Shown piece by piece: positions 8,849 to 18,356 of a stretch of 64,000 bases of DNA. The DNA is taken from the NCBI RefSeq assembly GCF_043756175.1, contig NZ_JAYURN010000112.1, positions 8,957 through 72,956 of the forward strand, in the 5' to 3' direction. Under the pieces are notes generated by a model that was not told the origin of the DNA, did not search any database, and saw only the letters and a program-made list of their open reading frames with translations. Origin of the DNA: Flavobacterium sp. GTDB taxonomy: Bacteria; Bacteroidota; Bacteroidia; Flavobacteriales; Flavobacteriaceae. A program made the position numbers and the translations under genes. Within the stretch, counting starts at the first letter, position 1. Each line of letters starts with the position of its first letter.

Positions 8849-9256
8849 TTATCTCACAATTACACCATCTACAAACAAAATTGGCACTTCTTCTAACGGA
8901 TTATCGTTTGCAAAATTAGTTTTGAAAATAAATTTCTTGTCGTATAAAGTATTCCCAATAAAGTAAGTTGCCATAAACTCATTATTAAGTCTGAGGACAC
9001 TTTTTTCGATCATTTCGACTTTTTTTACCGAAACTGGAGGAACTTCTACAAAAGCGTGACGAAGTGACGAAGTTTTTTTCATTTCTCCATCAATAGTTCC
9101 AAATGCTTTCGAGACTAACATGACACCATCAAGCTGAAAATCGGAATCATTTATAAGGTAGATATTCCATATTTTTTCCATAAAGTCATCGCTCCATTCT
9201 TGGATTGCGGCTAGGAAAACATTTTCTACGGTTGGTATATTGATGTCGGATTTCAT
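8849..9256 (-). CDS. Conserved hypothetical protein
   Basis: 135-aa ORF, co-oriented downstream of pheS; no recognised motif. Confidence 0.7.
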   Translation of the reverse strand: MKSDINIPTVENVFLAAIQEWSDDFMEKIWNIYLINDSDFQLDGVMLVSKAFGTIDGEMKKTSSLRHAFVEVPPVSVKKVEMIEKSVLRLNNEFMATYFIGNTLYDKKFIFKTNFANDNPLEEVPILFVDGVIVR

Positions 9257-9257
9257 T

Positions 9258-9296
9258 TTAGATTGGTTAGATTTTTAGACTTCTTAGATTTCTAGA
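9258..9296 (+). repeat. One-armed TTAGA(T/C)TTC 8-9-nt array
   Basis: TTAGATTGG TTAGATTT TTAGACTTC TTAGATTTC; same unit as the pyrH-frr hairpin. Confidence 0.65.
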
Positions 9297-9322
9297 AATA
9301 ATGTTGAATTCACACAAATGTT

Positions 9323-9468
9323 TAGCCCAGATAGAAACGAAAAGCCTTTTGAGTCTCGTTGCATTTTTTTCTGACAAGAAAGGGCGACTGAAAGAAGCTC
9401 CTTTTGTGGCTTGAAAAAAACAAACGAGAAGAAAAAGCTTGTAGTGGATAGCTGGAATATGCTCCTAA
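9323..9468 (+). mobile_element. TA-bounded palindromic element, copy with module Z
   Basis: TAGCCCAGATAGAAACGAAAAGCCTTTT...GGGCGACTGAAAGAAGCTCC...AGCTGGAATATGCTCCTA. Confidence 0.6.
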
Positions 9469-9469
9469 T

Positions 9470-9491
9470 CTTCGACAAGCTCAGATTGACA
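9470..9491 (-). repeat. TGTC-type REP (TGTCAATCTGAGCTTGTCGAAG)
   Basis: Resembles the GTCAnnCTGAGCTTGTCGAAG REP class; abuts the element end. Confidence 0.55.
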
Positions 9492-9496
9492 ATTGA

Positions 9497-10516
9497 TTAT
9501 ATATTTGACTTAAATTGCTCTAGGAAACGAACGTCGTTTTCGTAAAACATTCTGATATCACCTATTTGATAAAGTAACATAGCAATTCTTTCTATTCCCA
9601 TTCCGAAGGCAAATCCGTTGAATTCGTCGGGTTCGATACCGCAATTTTTTAGAACATTGGGATCGACCATTCCGCAACCTCCTATTTCTAGCCAGCCAGT
9701 TCCTTTTGTGATACGGTAATCAGTTTCTGTTTTTAGTCCCCAATAAATATCTATTTCGGCACTTGGTTCGGTAAACGGAAAGTATGACGGACGTAATCGA
9801 ATTTTCGATTTTCCGAACATTTCTTTTGTAAAATATAACAAAGTTTGTTTCATATCGGCAAAGGAAACGTCTTTGTCAATATACAATCCTTCCACTTGAT
9901 GAAAAATACAGTGAGAACGCGATGAAACGGCTTCGTTACGAAAAACGCGTCCTGGCGAAATGGTTCTTATAGGCGGTTTGTTGTTTTCCATATAACGCAC
10001 TTGTACTGATGAAGTGTGCGTGCGCAACAAAATATCTGGATTAGTTTGTATGAAAAATGTATCTTGCATATCGCGAGCTGGATGATATTCTGGCAAGTTT
10101 AATGCTGTGAAATTATGCCAATCATCTTCGATTTCTGGTCCTTCGGACACGTTGAATCCGATATTTGAGAAGATGTCGATAATTTGGTTTTTCACTAATG
10201 ATATTGGGTGACGAGAGCCTATTTTTATAGGTTCTGAAGGACGTGACAAATCGCCATAGAAGCTTTTTATTTCTTCTTTGCTTTCAAGATCTTCCTGAAT
10301 GGTTTTTACTTTTTCTTCAGCAATTGTTTTTAATAAATTGATTACTTGACCAAATTCCTTTTTCTGATCGTTTGGCACATTTTTGAATTCGGCAAAAATA
10401 TCTTTAACCAATCCTTTACTTCCTAAGAATTTGATTCGAAATTCTTCGAGTTTTTCTTTATTTTGCGTCGAAAATTCTTTTGCTTCGGCAATGTATTCTT
10501 TAATCTTGTCTGTCAT
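9497..10516 (-). CDS. pheS: Phenylalanine-tRNA ligase alpha subunit
   Basis: HPARDMQDTFF, LRTHTSSVQ, HQVEGL, RPSYFPFTEPS, GFAFGMGIERIAM. Confidence 0.98.
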   Translation of the reverse strand: MTDKIKEYIAEAKEFSTQNKEKLEEFRIKFLGSKGLVKDIFAEFKNVPNDQKKEFGQVINLLKTIAEEKVKTIQEDLESKEEIKSFYGDLSRPSEPIKIGSRHPISLVKNQIIDIFSNIGFNVSEGPEIEDDWHNFTALNLPEYHPARDMQDTFFIQTNPDILLRTHTSSVQVRYMENNKPPIRTISPGRVFRNEAVSSRSHCIFHQVEGLYIDKDVSFADMKQTLLYFTKEMFGKSKIRLRPSYFPFTEPSAEIDIYWGLKTETDYRITKGTGWLEIGGCGMVDPNVLKNCGIEPDEFNGFAFGMGIERIAMLLYQIGDIRMFYENDVRFLEQFKSNI

Positions 10517-10559
10517 CGTTCAGGTAATAAAGGTGCAAATTTAATGAATTTTCACCAAT

Positions 10560-10916
10560 TTATTCAATTAGTTTTTTCTCTAAAAAGTAGTTTACAATAG
10601 CATCTTTCATAAGCACCGATTGTTCTCCTGCTTTTAATGGCGGTAACTCTTCTTTTACTTTATAATGAGGCCAGCCGTCGTTATCGAAAAATTCGAATTC
10701 GTAGTAACCATAAGGCTCTAACAAACGACAAATAGCAATGTGCATCAGGTTTAGTTTTTCGTCTTTTTTATAAGTTTGATGAAATTTCCCTAATTCTTGT
10801 ACACCAATTAAATAAATGATGGCATCTAAATCTAAATCTTCTCCTTGCGAAAATTGATCTGATAATATGTTTACAAGCTGTTCCCAGCGTTCTTTGAGTT
10901 GTATATCTCTTGACAT
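10560..10916 (-). CDS. Conserved hypothetical protein
   Basis: 118-aa ORF (LDLDAIIYLIGVQELG, HIAICRLLEPYGYY) immediately upstream of pheS. Confidence 0.75.
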   Translation of the reverse strand: MSRDIQLKERWEQLVNILSDQFSQGEDLDLDAIIYLIGVQELGKFHQTYKKDEKLNLMHIAICRLLEPYGYYEFEFFDNDGWPHYKVKEELPPLKAGEQSVLMKDAIVNYFLEKKLIE

Positions 10917-10943
10917 TTTAATTTTATATTTTAGATTTCGGAT

Positions 10944-10971
10944 TTGCTTCGCCAGTTCGCTGGCGCTCGGG
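10944..10971 (-). repeat. Stand-alone module Y palindrome within a TTAGATT array
   Basis: Reverse complement CGAGCGCCAGCGAACTGGCGAAGCAA matches CGAGCGTCAGCTAACTGGCGAAGCAA at about 4499-4524. Confidence 0.65.
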
Positions 10972-11068
10972 TTAGATTTATTCTAAAAAACAAAATCTTT
11001 CTTGGCTGTAAAGATAGTGAGTTGTATTTGGAATAAACAATTTTGATATATTTGATAAAAATAAATTT

Positions 11069-12088
11069 ATGGGGATTATTGATATTATTTTAGGAGCTTT
11101 ATTGGTTTTTGGGTTTTACAAAGGTTTTAAAAATGGACTTTTTGTAGAATTAGCTTCTTTGATTTCGTTTTTTGTTGGAATTTTTGTTGCGATCAAATTC
11201 TCTTATATCATGAGTGATTTTCTCGGAAAACATGTTTCTTGGTCGCCTAAAACCATTCAAGTTTCTGCATTTATCGTTACTTTATTACTTGTTGTTATTG
11301 CGATTCATTTTCTGGCCAAAATTTTTACAGGAATAGCAAGTTTTGCTTTTCTGGGCTGGGCAAATACTTTGGCAGGCGGTTTTTTTGCTACTATTAAAAC
11401 TGCTTTGCTAATTGGAATTGTATTGAGTTTGTTTCAAAAAGTGAATATAAATTACATGATTGTATCTAAAGAAACACAGGAAAACTCTATACTTTTTAAT
11501 CCTTGTATAAAAACATCGGAAACTTTATTGCCGACATTAACGGATTGGTTTACGAATTTGAAAGAGAAAGTTGCAGATGATAAAGAGCTAGTATATGAAA
11601 ATTGTGAACTAGAAAGATTCTTGAAAGATTTAAAAACTCCAAAACTCGCAAAAGAATTATTCGAAAATAAAGCTAAGAATGATGTCAGAGCTCTTGAATA
11701 CTTTGAAAAATTAAAAAGTTTAGACAAATGTGAACGAATTTTCTATTTTAAAGTGATTACAAACTCATATGAAATTGCTGATGGTGCTTATGCAGAAGGT
11801 TTAGGATATTCTGGACTTGATTATATTGAAACAAATACTGTAGATTTTCTAAATTATTTTGAAAATGAAAAATTCTTCACTACGAATGATTTAAAAATTT
11901 GGGCTAAGATAATAATGTTAGAATTTTCTTTAGAATATGACAATGAAAAAAATACAAATATTTTAAACAAATTCATTTCAAAGATAAATCAAAATTGTAA
12001 AGATTGTAATACATCTCAAAAAGAAACATTAAAAAAGTTTAGTTATTATTTGTCTCAAGAATGGAAAAATTATTTAGCTAAACAATAA
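11069..12088 (+). CDS. CvpA-family membrane protein with long C-terminal extension
   Basis: First ~175 aa are CvpA-like (GFYKGFKNGLFVELASL, LGWANTLAGGFF); the remaining ~165 aa are soluble and unrecognised; TATATTTG promoter box at 11047-11054. Confidence 0.75.
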   Translation: MGIIDIILGALLVFGFYKGFKNGLFVELASLISFFVGIFVAIKFSYIMSDFLGKHVSWSPKTIQVSAFIVTLLLVVIAIHFLAKIFTGIASFAFLGWANTLAGGFFATIKTALLIGIVLSLFQKVNINYMIVSKETQENSILFNPCIKTSETLLPTLTDWFTNLKEKVADDKELVYENCELERFLKDLKTPKLAKELFENKAKNDVRALEYFEKLKSLDKCERIFYFKVITNSYEIADGAYAEGLGYSGLDYIETNTVDFLNYFENEKFFTTNDLKIWAKIIMLEFSLEYDNEKNTNILNKFISKINQNCKDCNTSQKETLKKFSYYLSQEWKNYLAKQ

Positions 12089-12116
12089 AGTCTACAGATA
12101 CAAATCCAGTACTTAA

Positions 12117-12287
12117 TTATGATTTCTTTCTTTTATTTTTGAAATAAATAAAAACTCCAATAAGTAATATTAATAGATAAACATAAAACCAACGAGAAAC
12201 TTCGAGGCGTGAACCTGTCGTTACAAAAATATAATCTGTATGATTTTCGGGAATAAATCCACCTTTTGTTTGTAATAGTATTTGCAT
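12117..12287 (-). CDS. Small 56-aa protein with C-terminal TM helix and basic tail (not in ORF track)
   Basis: MQILLQTKGGFIPENHTDYIFVTTGSRLEVSRWFYVYLLILLIGVFIYFKNKRKKS*. Confidence 0.5.
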   Translation of the reverse strand: MQILLQTKGGFIPENHTDYIFVTTGSRLEVSRWFYVYLLILLIGVFIYFKNKRKKS

Positions 12288-12295
12288 AGATAAAT

Positions 12296-12527
12296 TTACT
12301 TCAACTCCTTAAATAGCACTTTTTTCTATCCAACCTTGTTTTAAATCTAAAAGCTGTATTTTTTTGTAATTATTTAAGCTTTCTAAAACAAAAACTTTGG
12401 TTCCTGCATGAAGCACAAAAGCATCTTGTGCCGATGATTTTGGTTCGCTTTTTACAAATGTAATGTCTGCAAAAATAATAGCTGGTCTGTCATTATTGCT
12501 TTGGTTTTTCTCAAAAAATCCTGCAAT
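12296..12527 (-). pseudogene. batE: Orphan 3' fragment of BatE-like (SH3-type) gene
   Basis: IAGFFEKNQSNNDRPAIIFADITFVKSEPKSSAQDAFVLHAGTKVFVLESLNNYKKIQLLDLKQGWIEKSAI*; no start codon or N-terminal TPR/TM part; the -1 frame continues KELK*. Confidence 0.7.
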
Positions 12528-12568
12528 TGTTTTTATATAACCTGCTTTCAGAAGTAATATTTCAATTT

Positions 12569-14035
12569 TTACATTTTCTTTCTCATTCTCGCCACAGGAA
12601 TATCCAATTGCTCACGGTATTTCGCAATGGTTCTTCGGGCTATAGGATAGCCTTTTTCTTTAAGAATATCTGCCAGTTGGTCATCTGGCAAAGGTTTACT
12701 TTTGTCTTCTTCTGCGATGACAGTTTGAAGAATATTTTTAATTTCGATAGTAGAAACTTCTTCTCCTTGGTCGTTTGTCATTGCTTCCGAGAAGAATTCT
12801 TTAATTAGTTTTGTCCCATAAGGCGTGTCTACATATTTGCTGTTTGCTACACGCGAAACTGTCGAAATATCCAACCCAATCATGTCCGCAATATCCTTTA
12901 GAATCATTGGTTTTAGGTTGGCTTCATCGCCATCTAGGAAGTACTCTTGTTGAAAATGCATTATAGCATTCATCGTAACATACAATGTTTCCTGACGTTG
13001 TTTTATAGCATCGATAAACCATTTTGCAGAATCTAATTTTTGCTTGATAAACTGAACCGCATCTTTCTGCGCATTCGATTTGTCTTTAGAATCCTTATAA
13101 GTTTTCATCATGTCCTGATAATCTTTCGAAACATGAAGTTCAGGTGCATTTCTTCCGTTTAAGGTCAATTCTAATTCGTTATCTACAATTTTTATAGCAA
13201 AATCAGGCACCACGTGTTCGGTCATTTTGTTACTTCCAGTAAAAGCACCACCTGGTTTTGGGTTTAATCTCTCGATTTCGTCAATTCCATTTTTAAGTTG
13301 CTCCCTAGAAACTGAGAATTTCAATATTAATTTGTCGTAATGTTTTTTTGTAAATGCTTCGAACTGATCTTGAATAATACTAATTGCCAAGGCAACAGAT
13401 TCAGTTGGTGTTTTGTGTTTCAATTGCAATAACAAACATTCCTGTAAATCTCGAGCTCCTACTCCTGAAGGTTCTAATTCGTGAACAATATGCAGAATTT
13501 TTTCGACTGTTTTTTCATCGGTATAAATGCCTTGCGTAAACGCCATATCATCGACAATATCTTGTATTGTTCTTCTGATATAACCCATATCATCGATACT
13601 CCCAACCAAAAACTCAGCAATATCACGCTGATCATCGGTCAAGATAAAAGTATTTAACTGATTTATTAAATCTTGATGAAAACTAACTGGAGCAGATAAT
13701 GGTGATTCTCTCTCTTCATCATCATCACTATAATTATTGGCTTGCGTTTTGTAATCGGGTGTTTCGTCGTTACTTAAATATTCGTCTATGTTTATGTCGC
13801 CAGAGTCGATGCTGTCATTGTCTTCATACTCATCATAATCTTCATTATTATCGAATTCATCTTTTTCGTAAGTTTCTTCTTGATCATCTCCTCCTTCTAA
13901 TGCCGGATTTTCGTTCATTTCTTCTAATAAACGTTGTTCGAATGCTTGAGTAGGCAATTGTATTAGCTTCATCAACTGGATTTGTTGTGGAGATAATTTT
14001 TGAGATAATTTGAGATTTAGAAACTGCTTTAACAT
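12569..14035 (-). CDS. rpoN: RNA polymerase sigma-54 factor
   Basis: Q/L-rich region I, EPSGVGARDLQECLLLQL, STVSRV, RpoN box ARRTIAKYRE. Confidence 0.98.
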   Translation of the reverse strand: MLKQFLNLKLSQKLSPQQIQLMKLIQLPTQAFEQRLLEEMNENPALEGGDDQEETYEKDEFDNNEDYDEYEDNDSIDSGDINIDEYLSNDETPDYKTQANNYSDDDEERESPLSAPVSFHQDLINQLNTFILTDDQRDIAEFLVGSIDDMGYIRRTIQDIVDDMAFTQGIYTDEKTVEKILHIVHELEPSGVGARDLQECLLLQLKHKTPTESVALAISIIQDQFEAFTKKHYDKLILKFSVSREQLKNGIDEIERLNPKPGGAFTGSNKMTEHVVPDFAIKIVDNELELTLNGRNAPELHVSKDYQDMMKTYKDSKDKSNAQKDAVQFIKQKLDSAKWFIDAIKQRQETLYVTMNAIMHFQQEYFLDGDEANLKPMILKDIADMIGLDISTVSRVANSKYVDTPYGTKLIKEFFSEAMTNDQGEEVSTIEIKNILQTVIAEEDKSKPLPDDQLADILKEKGYPIARRTIAKYREQLDIPVARMRKKM

Positions 14036-14048
14036 TTTGTGTTCAGGG

Positions 14049-14123
14049 TTTAGAAGATTTAGAAGGTCAGAAGGTTTAGTTCTAGAAACACTCTAAACTT
14101 ATAAACCTTCTAAACTTCCTAAA
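14049..14123. repeat. Inverted 9-nt-unit array hairpin (TTTAGAAGG/CCTTCTAAA)
   Basis: 31-nt arms 14049-14079 and 14093-14123, 23/31 complementary by hand count. Confidence 0.7.
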
Positions 14124-14131
14124 TTATTTTT

Positions 14132-15568
14132 TTAAAATTCCGCATTCATTGGTGTTCTAGGAAAAGGAATTACGTCACGAATGTTTGTCATTCCAGTTAC
14201 AAAAAGAACCAAACGCTCGAAACCAAGTCCGAAACCTGAGTGAACAGCGCTTCCGAAACGGCGTGTATCTAAATACCACCATAATTCTTCTTCATCAATT
14301 CCTAGTGCTTTCATTTTTTCGACAAGAACATCAAAACGCTCTTCTCGTTGAGATCCACCTACGATTTCTCCAATTCCTGGAAAAAGGATATCCATGGCAC
14401 GAACTGTTTTTCCATCTTCGTTCAAACGCATGTAAAATGCTTTGATATTTGCTGGATAATCAAATAAAATCACAGGACATTTGAAGTGTTTTTCAACCAA
14501 ATAACGTTCGTGTTCACTTTGCAAATCGGCTCCCCATTCGTTAATAATATAATTGAATTTTTTCTTTTTATTTGGAGGACAATCTCTCAAAATATCAATC
14601 GCTTCGGTATAAGAAACCCGTTTGAAATTGTTTTCTAAAACAAAATTTAGTTTTTCTAACAAAGCCATTTCGCTGCGTTCCGCTTGTGGTTTCGATTTTT
14701 CTTCGTCTAATAAACGACCTTCTAAGAATTTCAAATCGTCTGGACATTTGTCCATCGTGTATTTTATTACATATTGAATAAAATCTTCGGCCAAGTCCAT
14801 ATTGTCAGTCAAATCATTGAAAGCCACTTCTGGTTCGATCATCCAAAATTCTGCCAAATGGCGAGAAGTATTCGAATTTTCGGCTCTAAACGTAGGTCCA
14901 AAAGTATAAATCTGACCCAAAGCCATGGCAAAAGTTTCTCCTTCCAATTGTCCCGAAACCGTTAGATTGGTTTCTTTTCCGAAGAAATCTTCTTTGTAAT
15001 TTACTTTTCCTTCTTCAGTTCTTGGTGTATTGTCGAAAGGTAAAGCGGTTACTTTAAACATTTCTCCAGCTCCTTCCGCATCAGATCCTGTAATAATTGG
15101 TGTATTTACATACACAAACCCTTTTTCTTGAAAATAACTATGCACAGCATATGACAAAACCGAACGCACTCTCATAATCGCCCCAAACATATTTGTTCGA
15201 ACACGCAAATGGGCATTTTCACGCAAGAAATCTAAACTTGGTTTATTTTTAGGTTGTATTGGGAATTTCTCAGCATCAGAATCGCCAAGAATTTCTAATT
15301 TCAAAACTTGAACTTCATATTTCTGACCAGCACCTTGACTTTCTACTAAAGCACCAGTTACAGAAACAGCAGCGCCAGTTGTAATACGTTTTAGTGTTTC
15401 ATCAGCGGTATTTTCAAAATCGACCACACACTGAATATTATGAATAGTCGAACCATCGTTCAAGGCTATAAACTGATTGTTTCTAAAAGTTCTTACCCAA
15501 CCTTTTACATTTACTTCTTGAAGTGTTTGAGTGCTATTTAGTAAGTCTAAAATTCTTGTATGTTTCAT
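14132..15568 (-). CDS. asnS: Asparagine-tRNA ligase
   Basis: [49 protein letters not shown]. Confidence 0.98.
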   Translation of the reverse strand: MKHTRILDLLNSTQTLQEVNVKGWVRTFRNNQFIALNDGSTIHNIQCVVDFENTADETLKRITTGAAVSVTGALVESQGAGQKYEVQVLKLEILGDSDAEKFPIQPKNKPSLDFLRENAHLRVRTNMFGAIMRVRSVLSYAVHSYFQEKGFVYVNTPIITGSDAEGAGEMFKVTALPFDNTPRTEEGKVNYKEDFFGKETNLTVSGQLEGETFAMALGQIYTFGPTFRAENSNTSRHLAEFWMIEPEVAFNDLTDNMDLAEDFIQYVIKYTMDKCPDDLKFLEGRLLDEEKSKPQAERSEMALLEKLNFVLENNFKRVSYTEAIDILRDCPPNKKKKFNYIINEWGADLQSEHERYLVEKHFKCPVILFDYPANIKAFYMRLNEDGKTVRAMDILFPGIGEIVGGSQREERFDVLVEKMKALGIDEEELWWYLDTRRFGSAVHSGFGLGFERLVLFVTGMTNIRDVIPFPRTPMNAEF

Positions 15569-15620
15569 TGTATTTTGATAATTGTAATATATTGTTGCAA
15601 ATATAATTGATTTGTTGTAA

Positions 15621-15706
15621 TTTTTAGAAGCTATTTCCCGCTATCCGTTCCAATCTTTTGCTTTTTAAAGGAAAAAGCAAAAGGATTTCCACTGCTATCA
15701 GGGCTA
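15621..15706 (-). mobile_element. TA-bounded palindromic element, minimal copy
   Basis: Reverse complement TAGCCCTGATAGCAGTGGAAATCCTTTTGC...GCAAAAGATTGGAACGGATAGCGGGAAATAGCTTCTA. Confidence 0.7.
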
Positions 15707-15755
15707 GTATCGCTGGGATTATTCATTATTTTTGAATTTTCATCAAAAACAGAAA

Positions 15756-18173
15756 CTATTTTTTATTTTCTAACTCATCAACTTCTTCATCGGAATGTTC
15801 TAAAATATCGATAGTTGGTTTAATAAATTCTTGTTCGTTCGACAGTGTTTTGTTTAATGACAACACAAGTGCTGGCAACAAAACCAAGTTAGACAACATT
15901 CCGAAGAACAGTGTTATTGCGACCAATCCTCCAAGTGCTACGGTCCCTCCAAAACTAGACAACATAAACACCGAAAATCCGAAAAACAAGACTATCGACG
16001 TATAAAACATACTGATTCCAGCATCGTTAAACGTGGCTATAACTGATTTTTTTATCTTCCAATCGTTTCTAGCTAATTCTAATCTGTATTGGGCAAGAAA
16101 ACGTAAAGTATCATCGACCGAAAGTCCGTAAGCAATTCCGAAAACTAATATGGTTGATGGTTTTAGTGGAATTCCTAAAAAGCCCATTAATCCTGCTGTA
16201 AGAACTAAGGGTAATAAATTTGGGATTAACGATACAATCACCATTTTGACAGAACGAAACATAATTAAAACCAATAATGAGGTGATAAGAAATGCAAAAG
16301 CCAATGATGACAGTAAATTATCCAACAAATATTGCGTTCCCTTCTGAAAAACCGACGCCTTTCCTGTAACAATAAAATTGTATTGCGGTGATGGAAATAA
16401 TTTATTGGCTTTGGCTCTAATTTGAGCTTCGATAGCATTCATTTTTTCACCATTTTCGTCTTTAATAAAAGTCGTAATTCTGGCAAATTGTCCTGTCGAA
16501 TCTACATAACTTTTCATCAAATTTTCTTTCGAATTTTGCATAGCATTTTTTGCATACGACAAAATAAAAGCTTGTTCTTGTTGTGTTGGTAATTCATAAT
16601 ATTCGGGATTTCCGTTATAATAAGCTTGCTTCGAATATTTAACTAAATTTACTATTGACAGTGGTTTTGCTAATTCAGGAATTTCTTGAATCGTTTCTTC
16701 GAGTTCTTCCATGCGTTTGAGCATCGATAATTTCATGACGCCTTTTTTGCGTTTGGTGTCAATCATTATCTCCAATGGCATTACACCATCAAATTCTTTT
16801 TCAAAGAACCGAATATCATCAAAAAAAGCTGTACTCTTGGGCATGTCTTCAATAATACTTCCTGAAATTCGCATTTCATAAATACCAACTATCCCAAGAA
16901 TTAATAATAAAATAGCAGTGATGTAAACTCCCACACGATTGTACTTTACGGTTCGCAAAATCCAATCCATGAATGAAGTAAGATATTCTCGTTCTAAATG
17001 TCCTAAATGTCTAGGAATTGGTGCAGGAATGTAACTGTGAAATATTGGAATAATAATTAAACACAAAACATAAAGCGCAATAATATTTATCGAAGTCACG
17101 ACACCGAACTCTGTTAGCAAAACATTATTAGTTGCAATAAATGTTGCAAATCCTAACGCTGTTGTCAGGTTTGTCATTAGTGTTGCCGTTCCTGTTTTTG
17201 TAATAACACGTTGTAGCGCCTTGGCTTTATTGGCGTGAATTTTGTATTCTTGATGGTATTTGTTAGTCAAGAAAATACAGTTAGGAATTCCGATAACAAT
17301 AACTAATGTCGGGACAAGCGCCGTGAGTACCGTGATTTCGTAACCTAACAATCCTAACAAACCGAATGACCACATAACGCCAATAATTACAATAATTAAG
17401 GAAATTATGGTTGCTCGAAATGATCTAAAAAAGAAAAAGAAAATAAGCCCTGTAATGAGTAATGCAGCACCAATAAACAAACCTATTTCGTCTAGAATTG
17501 TTTTTGCGTTTAATGTTCGAATGTATGGCATTCCTGAAGTTCGAAGATCAACACCAGTTTCACTTTCAAACTTTTCAATTTCAGGAATTAATTTGTTAAG
17601 TACAAACTCTTTTCTTGCTTTTGTATTGATTATTTTTTTGTCTAAATATATTGCCGATCGGATTGCAGCTGATTTTTTATTAAACAGCAAACCTTCATAA
17701 AAAGGCAATTTATTTAATAATTCAGATTTCACTTGCGACAAATAAGCTTGACTTTTAGTTTTATTAGCATTTATTAATGGGGTAAGTTCAAACTTTTCGA
17801 GCGAATCATTTTTAACCAATTTCTTTAAATTACTAATAGAAATTACTAAATCAACCTCTTTATGAGATTGAATAGTAGTCATTAAATCACTCCAAGCTTT
17901 ATAAACTTTTGGAGTGAATAATTTTGGGTCTTTAGTTGCAATTACTACAAGATTGCCTTCTTCGCCAAAGTTTTTTAAGAATGATCTATAATCTACATTT
18001 ATCTGATCATCAAACGGAATAAGGTTGGCTTCGGTTTGTGTGAATTTAATGTTTTTCCATTGCATGGAAAATAGGATTGTAATAATTACAATTCCTGATA
18101 AAAAAACAATTCTATTTCTAAGGATTACTCGGGCAATAAACTCCCAAAAACCTATACTTAACATCTTTTTCAT
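15756..18173 (-). CDS. MMPL/RND-superfamily transporter
   Basis: Two TM clusters separated by large loops; TSGMPYIR, LVIVIGIPN, GLSVDDT; start uncertain (18164-18194). Confidence 0.85.
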   Translation of the reverse strand: MKKMLSIGFWEFIARVILRNRIVFLSGIVIITILFSMQWKNIKFTQTEANLIPFDDQINVDYRSFLKNFGEEGNLVVIATKDPKLFTPKVYKAWSDLMTTIQSHKEVDLVISISNLKKLVKNDSLEKFELTPLINANKTKSQAYLSQVKSELLNKLPFYEGLLFNKKSAAIRSAIYLDKKIINTKARKEFVLNKLIPEIEKFESETGVDLRTSGMPYIRTLNAKTILDEIGLFIGAALLITGLIFFFFFRSFRATIISLIIVIIGVMWSFGLLGLLGYEITVLTALVPTLVIVIGIPNCIFLTNKYHQEYKIHANKAKALQRVITKTGTATLMTNLTTALGFATFIATNNVLLTEFGVVTSINIIALYVLCLIIIPIFHSYIPAPIPRHLGHLEREYLTSFMDWILRTVKYNRVGVYITAILLLILGIVGIYEMRISGSIIEDMPKSTAFFDDIRFFEKEFDGVMPLEIMIDTKRKKGVMKLSMLKRMEELEETIQEIPELAKPLSIVNLVKYSKQAYYNGNPEYYELPTQQEQAFILSYAKNAMQNSKENLMKSYVDSTGQFARITTFIKDENGEKMNAIEAQIRAKANKLFPSPQYNFIVTGKASVFQKGTQYLLDNLLSSLAFAFLITSLLVLIMFRSVKMVIVSLIPNLLPLVLTAGLMGFLGIPLKPSTILVFGIAYGLSVDDTLRFLAQYRLELARNDWKIKKSVIATFNDAGISMFYTSIVLFFGFSVFMLSSFGGTVALGGLVAITLFFGMLSNLVLLPALVLSLNKTLSNEQEFIKPTIDILEHSDEEVDELENKK

Positions 18174-18356
18174 AAAATCTAAAATGGAAAGCAAAGGTAA
18201 TTAAAACCTATAAAGTTTAACTGTTTAAATAAAAAGTTTTAATGTGTTAATTCTCTTAATATTAATTTTAAGTGATTAATTTATTGAATGTTTTTATTTG
18301 TAGGTGAATTTTGTCATCTTTGTAAAATATAAAGCTGATAATTCTCCTGTTTTTTT

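Noticed and set aside
9284-9478. 64-aa minus-strand ORF
   Set aside because: Lies entirely over repeat elements; probably an incidental frame
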